From Macrostomum lignano (taxonomy: Eukaryota): 64,000 bases of DNA. The stretch lies in the NCBI GenBank assembly GCA_002269645.1, contig NIVC01001611.1:1-64000 (forward strand), read 5' to 3'. This document shows positions 56,736-64,000 of this stretch, in pieces. Positions within the stretch are counted from its first letter, which is position 1. Each line of letters starts with the position of its first letter. The position numbers and the translations under genes were made by a program. The notes under the pieces are model-generated. The model did no database searches and was not told where the DNA came from. It saw nothing but the letters and a program-made list of their open reading frames with translations.

Positions 56736-58251
56736 GCGTCAGTCTGTCATTCATAATTTGGAATCGAATCGTGTTGCATTGTATTTTTTGTTCGAGAAAA
56801 AACATTCCCTCTGAGTCACTATTGATTAATGCAGAAGAGTAGTGGCTCTGTGACTCGTGCCCGAAGGTGCTCAATAATAAAGGGAAGCAAGCGATGGGGT
56901 ATTATTCCCAATGAGAATCACGGCACGACTTCCTCTAACCTGAAGCACGCGCCCAATGCCCAGAACATCCCGCCATTTTCTGGGTGACTTGCTATCTACC
57001 TCTTATTTGTCATTCTCTCTCTTTGCTATTCTCTTCTCTTCTCTGTCTTTCGTTCCCGCTGTCCGAAGTCAGTTGAAAACACGTTCCAAAATCTTCGTGT
57101 TCGGCTGCTAATGAGGCCCGGGCCTATCGAACTGATGCATCGAGCTCTCTCCGTGTGTAATTTCTTTAGCATTACTGTTGTAAGCTTAGTTAATTGAAAT
57201 TGCGATAAACAGGGTTGGGAGAGAATGACGGACACGATACGGATGTACAAGATTCAATTTTATCATGTCTTCTTTTTTCTAATTTTACGGATTTTTACAG
57301 ATTACGGGGAGCATTGGGCACCCGGATGTTTGTTTGTTTGTTTATCATTTCCTGGAGTGTGTGTTTACCGAGGGAATTGGGTACCCAATTTCTTGTGTTT
57401 TTACTTTTTTATAATTTTTGGTAACTGGACAATCCTAATGTTCGCTATTGTATTATGTTATGGATTTATTTTTTTTAGTTTATTTAGTTTGTTTTTTTTC
57501 TGTTCGATAAGTTACTCGTAGAATCGTTCAATATAAGTACATATCAGGTCTTGGTTTCGTAGTTAGTTACATATTAGTTATTACTAAATCCGACACTCTC
57601 TGGTTCTTACTTTTGTCACAGAAAACATAATTTGACTCTTGCCTCGCAAGAAGCTTGACAAGCCTCGCCCCCAACCCCGTGTTCGAGATAATTAGTCCTA
57701 CAGCACTCTGCTTGGGTTCAAATGCATCTCCCTCTCTGCTTCATCGACTGTTTTTGCGTCGAAAATTGTCTTTCAAGATTTTTTAATTGCCTACTGTCTA
57801 ATTGTTTTTTTTAATGAGTGCTAAGCAATTTTTGGCTGACAAAATTATCACTGCAAGCGGGCAGTTCAATTCAAATTTTGTATCTACTGTTGCACCTGAT
57901 GACCCCATAAGATTTGCTTGCATCGCCATCGAGTGAGGCCTATTTTTCTCGTGATCACACGACTTTAGAAGCGTCATTTTTAAATGAATTTTTGTACACC
58001 AGTCGCGTGACTTGATGGCTCAACTGACAACATAATAACCAAGTTAAGATATATATTAGTTTTAGTATTACATATAGTTTTAGTATTACATATTTGAAAA
58101 TTAATGTCTCACTTGTATTGCAAATAATGCCTTAAAAGTACATTGCTAGAGCATACCTAGCCTAAGATTGATGCTTATTTATGATCAGTCTTTAATCCGG
58201 CCAGATAAACTCTAGATTTCAATGTGCACATAAAATCTGTTGTAGAATATG

Positions 58252-58284
58252 ACTAGCAATCTATAGTGCCCCCCTTCAGGGCGC
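58252..58284 (-). mobile_element. Second Helitron-like 3' terminus (degenerate hairpin)
   Basis: On the plus strand it shares GACTAGCA...TGCCCCCCTTC(A/G)GGG with the 53639 terminus, which reads hairpin then CTAG|T on the minus strand. Confidence 0.45.
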
Positions 58285-61200
58285 CCAATGAGCAAGGGAA
58301 AAAAATTATTTATGTGAATCCTTTTTGCTTTGATACCTAAGCAATTCCCCCTTAAGCCTTGACATCTTAGCGATTCCCCCTTAAGCCTTGACATCTTAGC
58401 ATATAATATGATGAAAAAGTTAAAAATAATCCATGAATTCAGTACTAAAGCTGCTGCACTTCTTTTACCGAATATTATTGATAAGAACCAAAGCTTGTAC
58501 GAGCGTAGTAGCTATAAGGCAAACCACCGACTGCTTCGTGTAGCAGATGCATGGATTCTGCTTCTTCTTACATCAGAGAGAGAAACTTATTATATACTAT
58601 AGAGTGCCTGTTGGTCTCTGGGGAATGCGAATTAAAGGAAGCGATGTGGAATTCTGCAGAATTAAGTGATCTTAATCTCTTTGATGCCATCAAACTCGAT
58701 GCTCTCTCTTTTTCCTCTTTCAGTCAGTCGGACTGAAGAATGGTTGGAACCGGCCCGCAGCTGTGCAGGCCCTTAGAATTGAAAGCCGAGCGCTTAGAGT
58801 TCGATCGAGAGAAAAAACTTCAACCAAAGCAGCTCGACAATTTCTGACCAAAAAATTGGACGCATTCAGGCGGCTTCTGTTGTTCGCCAATATTTTTTCT
58901 AGGATGCGTTTGCATGTTCGAGGGACAGAAGAGAGCGAAGCGGACGAGCTGCAAAATGGAAAACATTTGGTTTCGGACGAAACGGAACGGCAAAATTAAA
59001 GAGAATGGATTGGACTAAAAACGTACTTTAGTTCGAATTCCTGTTACGTATAATCTCCAAAGTGACAGTTCACTCCATCAGCCCAGCGCAGCTGGATCTG
59101 TTTTGAAATTAAAGTACAAAAAATCTGACGGTTGTTTTAAATTCCAGACACGGACCACTGGAAGGTACGTCTACTTTAGTAGTCCTTGATTCCAGACAGA
59201 GTTTAGTTTAACAAAGTAGGTTACTTTTTTAAAAGGACACTGGATTAGCTTAGTTTGTAAAAAAACGGTCTGGCTAGCTTTTCATTCATATTTGTTCTAG
59301 TTTCTAAACCGTTGCAAGCAAATGTATGTTTTCAAACGCAATACACGCATACATTCAAACGCAATACACGCATACATGAGCTGCATTAAGTACTGTAAGT
59401 AAGTAGTGCAGAGTTTTCATTCTATTTAAGAAGTCAAGCATTCAGCTCAAGACGCATGTGTGCTTAGTTAGATGTTTTCACTAACCAAGCAGCGATCCAG
59501 GAAGCGCAATGTGTGAGCAATGGAACACGTACCATGGAACGCCAATCCTGTAAACTGTCTGGTGGCCTCTCCAGCTCCATTTGCAAGGCGGGCATGAATT
59601 GTCTGAATTTAATTACTTCTCTGTGTCTTGAATTCAATGCTCTGCCTGTGGCGTCGCCGACCAAAGACGGTGTTGTAACCATAGACTAAAGTAGACGCAT
59701 TGGTTGAGTATGTATGAATGGCAGTGTCTTAAAATGAAGTTAGTCAAAAACATTGGTGCACTCATAGCCATTCTCTACTACATCATTGTCGCAAACTTTC
59801 ACTTCGACCCAATACCAATTTCAAAACGTTATTGTTTAACACTTGCGATTGCCATAGACAACGAATCAATTGGAGCATGTTAATAACAAGTGTGTTTATG
59901 TTATATGTAACAGTTTAAAAGCATAGAGAAAAAATCCTTCATGTTTAAGAGTAGCATTACTATGAGTAGTAGTTATAACTGAAAAGCCAATAAATTACCC
60001 TCAACTAGTTACTGACGCCAGCAGATTCAAATTGTTACTTGTTGAAGGTAAACGTGCGGTTTTCGAAATGGCAATTTTCAAACATTCGTGAAACTTCGCT
60101 TCGGATATTTCTAACTGAAAAATAAAAAAGCTCCTCTTCTTGACTCAGAGTCACTTCACTTGTTTGCTCTTCGACTGCTCTGGTGTTCAAGGCTACAGTT
60201 TTTGCACACGATGGCTGACCTTCTTCCCCGATTGGTCGCCTTAAGGCAGCGCTTATAGCAGTCGATGCTCGACAAACAACGCGATTTATTTTTCTTGAGA
60301 GGTACTTTTGGCCAGTAATGCACATAATACTGCTGGCTGGGGTCGTGACCTGTTTCATGGAGGGCAGCAATGCGAGTCCTCTATATGACAAAGCCACATG
60401 CACAATTACATTGTAACACGATTCACCGTGCATTTAAACGCTAAAAGCGTGCTTAAAAGGCTCGTGATCGCGTATTGACCAGAGTAATTTAATGCTCTAG
60501 AAATTTATCGTGATTAAAGTTTTGCTCAATAGTCGCGTCTTTCTTGCTGAAATTTCTGGAATTTGAAGCCCTGAATAATGAGTGCACAGTGTAGGAGCAG
60601 TGTAAAACTGCAATTACTATGGACAAGCCCCTCAGTTACTAAGCTGCTGTAACTTGGTAACTATAGGTGCAAGATCCCATCAATTGGTGCTTGATGAAGC
60701 ACCTTTCAAAAGGTTAATATCCGCATCTCATCGGACAAATCTCTCAGACCAACTAAACTATTGAAGTGACGCGCCTTTGAATAGAGAAATGATGTTAAAA
60801 GAAAGGCGCAGAATCACATTTTTGTTTTAATCTAACAACAGAAAACAGATATATTCCTAAGCAAGCAACATTCCTTTATTTTCTTCGATATGTGTTCATC
60901 AACCAACTCGCGTCGAAGCGCATAATAACAACGAAAGAGACATTAACACCAAACACTGCAGAAAGATTTTCTAAAAAAACAGTTTACTGGAACGGAAGAT
61001 TACACATAAGAGAAGATTAACTAATACAGTTGAAATTAAGCTGGGTTTTATTAAAGTATTTTCGTACAACATTCGCAAAAGCGACCGATCAAGTAAACGT
61101 ATTGCTTTTTTCATACAACAATTTAAAAAAGACTCAGTAGTACTACTAAAACAGGTCCTAGTAGTTCACGAAGAATATGCTCTGTATTTGTTGTGATCAA

Positions 61201-61426
61201 TTATGCTTATGAGAATGGCATACAACATGTATTAGGCAGTAAATAATTTTGAATCTAATATATTGTTACACAGGAAACAGACGACAATGCAGTGTAAAAA
61301 CATGATGAAGTAAAAATAATCGTGCTTAATCGTATATTTACTAAGCATTTCTTAGTGATTATAAACGTTTATAAACGCATGGTCAGTTAGTTTTTTTAAT
61401 GAAATAATGTTTCTATGAATAGCCAT

Positions 61427-62178
61427 TTAACTGCGCTCTTTCTTTTTTCGCCCCAACTTCGATCTGAAATTGAGATGTTGGATAAAATTATTATTAATTA
61501 GTAACAGCATCTCAGTAAAGTCTAAACAAAGCCCAATAAATCGATGAAGGTTTAGTCACTCCAACCAGGCACAATCGACCTCACCTCATCTGACCAGCCA
61601 TCAGCGGATTAAACGCGTAGAGCCAGTCGTGGACCTCCTTGTCCTCTAGGCATTGCATCAGGTAGCCACGATGCGGCGTGATCACCGTAAAGACGTTCTT
61701 AGCCCGCAGCATGGCCTGCTGTTCTTCGCTGTACTCAATCTGTGCGGTAGCTAAGTTAATAAAGCCCCGTTCAACAGGATCTCGCTCGTTCTGGTAGATG
61801 TAGAGAAACGGCCTCCTGACAACGACCCAGCGGCGTACCCAGCCTCCCGACTTCTCCTCCAGAAAGTTCAAGTAACCGCGCCGAGACACCTGTGGCGAGG
61901 CGCGAATCTCGTCGCACTGACCAATGAGGCTGCCTGGTCGCAAGCTGTCCAGCGGATTCTGACTGGCTGACTCGCCAGCGCCTCCGCTAGCCGAGCTCAT
62001 CACGCTCTCCATGGTCGGCGATTTCTGCATCATGTTAGCCAGCCCACCGCTGCCACCACCGAAGCTGGTGAGGGAGGCGAACGATGCTGACGGCGAATGA
62101 CGCATCTGCGGACGCCATATTTCGGACATGCCGCTGGCGTAAGATATTGCCGAGGGTAGGGCCGCACGGATCTGTGGT

Positions 62179-62238
<60 letters not shown>

Positions 62239-63105
62239 GGAGCTGGCGGTGCTTGCGGCTGCTGCGGCAGCGTTGGCTGCAACTGAGTTGTCGGAGTACT
62301 AGCAGCTGGCAGTAGCTGGGTTCGCCCACTACTCAAAAGTTGCAGACACTTTCGAATCAAGAGCTGCTCGCGGCTGAAGTTTTGTTTAACCTAAAGAGAG
62401 TCAGTAGCAGAGTAAGTAGGTGCGTAATTTTTCAGCATTAATCTTTAACCTTACTTTTCCATTGCCTACTACGAAAACGTCAAACCACCAAATCCTTGAA
62501 ACGTCACAGTACTTACTTCATCGGGAATGTCGTCCAGCACTGAATAGCTGGGACTCCGGGCCAACCCGCAACCGCCGCTGCCCAGCTCGCCGCCTCCAAC
62601 GCTGACTCCACTGGACGAAATGTCGTCTCCCGCGCCTCCGGCTGCCGCCGCTGCCGCAGCCGCCTCAGCGTCCATCGTAGTCAGAGCATCAATTCGACCA
62701 TCTTGTGCCAGCTTCTCCCTCAGCTGCAGTGTGTGGCGCGCCTTCTCTACCAGCTCCAGCCGGACCAGTCGCTCCAACTCCCATTGATGCTCGACAATCA
62801 AGGAGTCCGACCTGGGCCGCCAGCCTTTGAGATTCTCCTCGCCGCGAACGTAGGCAAAGTTGGTGCTACCACCACCGCCGCCGCTGCCTCCGCTCGCTGT
62901 GCTGGCGTCCAGAAGGCGCCGAGAACGACGGGTCGCTGCGGATGTTGCATGATCAGGTCGTCGATACTGTAGATCAGCCCAAGTATCAATGGTGATTTTT
63001 TACCTACCTTTTTCAGAAACCTGATAGATTTGCAGGTCGTACACAGTGGTGACCCGGTTCACATCTTGAGGCCGGCACCAGCTGCCAAACAGTTGCTTGA
63101 TTGAT
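61427..63105 (-). CDS. KIF1A: Kinesin-3 unc-104/KIF1A, 3' exons including the C-terminal PH domain (partial; 5' part lies beyond the window)
   Basis: Exons 63105-63021, 62966-62517, 62390-61585, 61463-61427 (TAA) with matching phases. Motifs: [83 protein letters not shown]. Confidence 0.96.
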
Positions 63106-64000
63106 CTGTCGGTGTTTAATTGAACGAACTCAGTCACTTCGAGTGACTATATAACCACTGTATAATCCGATTTGCAAGTGCGAATCAATAAAAGTTTTAG
63201 GCCAGCACACGAAAATAGAGTAATCATTGCATGTAAATGTATTCCTGGTTAAATTTTATTTGGTATCTAACAGGTACTTATGCGACATCAGTTTGTTATT
63301 TATAATCGTTTCCATTATAGAAAAAGTACGTGTGAAACAACAATCGAGTTTTATTTAAAATACAACACGAATACTAAATATAGTGCTGTCCTTAAAACTT
63401 ATAAATTGTAATTCTATGGTACACTGAGTACTGATGTTTTTCAGAATGACTGAAACACACTGAAAGCAGCTTATGCAATGTGCGCGCGTGTTAATTTCAG
63501 ATAGTTTAGATAGAAACGGGACGTGAACACTTCAAAACAGCAATTGTCGAGCAAGGGAGCAACGAGTATATAAGCATTTCAGAATGACGGCTTCAAGATT
63601 TAATCGCTTTACAGACGGAGCGATAACAGAGAAAGCTCAAGATTTTATGATGGAAAGATAATAATTTTTCCACTCGATAGCTGCTTGATGCGAGCTAAGA
63701 CGGTATGCTCAAGGATTTGCTCATCTACGAAAATAAAAAAGCAAAGCGCAGTTGAAAAAAGGAAAAAAACTCTAAGAACAGAATGCATTCTAAATAAAAG
63801 AAAAATATACTCAAAAATTAGTGCTCTCTGACTTAGCATCTTTTCTGTTAATTACATCAAAGCAGCCTTAATTTTTTAGGTTATTTTGTTAGCTACTTTG
63901 TTTAACGCCATTATGACTGATTGCTACTCACAGTGAGACATTTTGCGTGATGCTGCCAATGTTAAAAAAAAGGAGGGTAATAAAAGTGACAGAGTATTTA

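Noticed and set aside
60160-60385. Minus-strand Cys-containing frame resembling a piggyBac C-terminal domain
   Set aside because: A stop codon lies directly upstream, Cys spacing is incomplete, and there are no transposase core or TTAA-flanked ends.

Overview
This is animal nuclear DNA with GT-AG introns, GC-rich exons and introns packed with 15-30 bp minisatellites. That style suggests a free-living flatworm such as Macrostomum, which is an inference. Genes reconstructed by hand from splice sites and reading frames: CEP290 (+, 14 exons, about 2,340 aa, with several single-base homopolymer lesions in the first 2.6 kb); a two-exon EF-hand-like gene (+) whose intron holds an antisense 5'-truncated RTE LINE; a 10-exon NIPA-family Mg2+ transporter (-); a 4-exon syntenin-like tandem-PDZ gene (-) spread over 12 kb of satellite-filled introns; and the 3' exons of the kinesin-3 unc-104/KIF1A (-, runs off the window). 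Mobile DNA with supportable boundaries: a MULE/Foldback MITE with a 9-bp target-site duplication (TSD), a Harbinger-type MITE with a CTG TSD, two solo LTRs with 5-bp TSDs sitting inside minisatellites, two tRNA-derived SINEs, a possible 5S-derived SINE, two Helitron-like 3' ends, and several hairpin elements with no TSD built on a CCATAGAC/GTCTATGG motif. I found no prokaryotic-type system, CRISPR array or ribozyme. The best leads are the CCATAGAC element family, an AGAATC core shared by the MULE MITE and four free minisatellites, the split EF-hand gene and the 5S-like segment. Protein and RNA family comparisons are from memory, not database searches.
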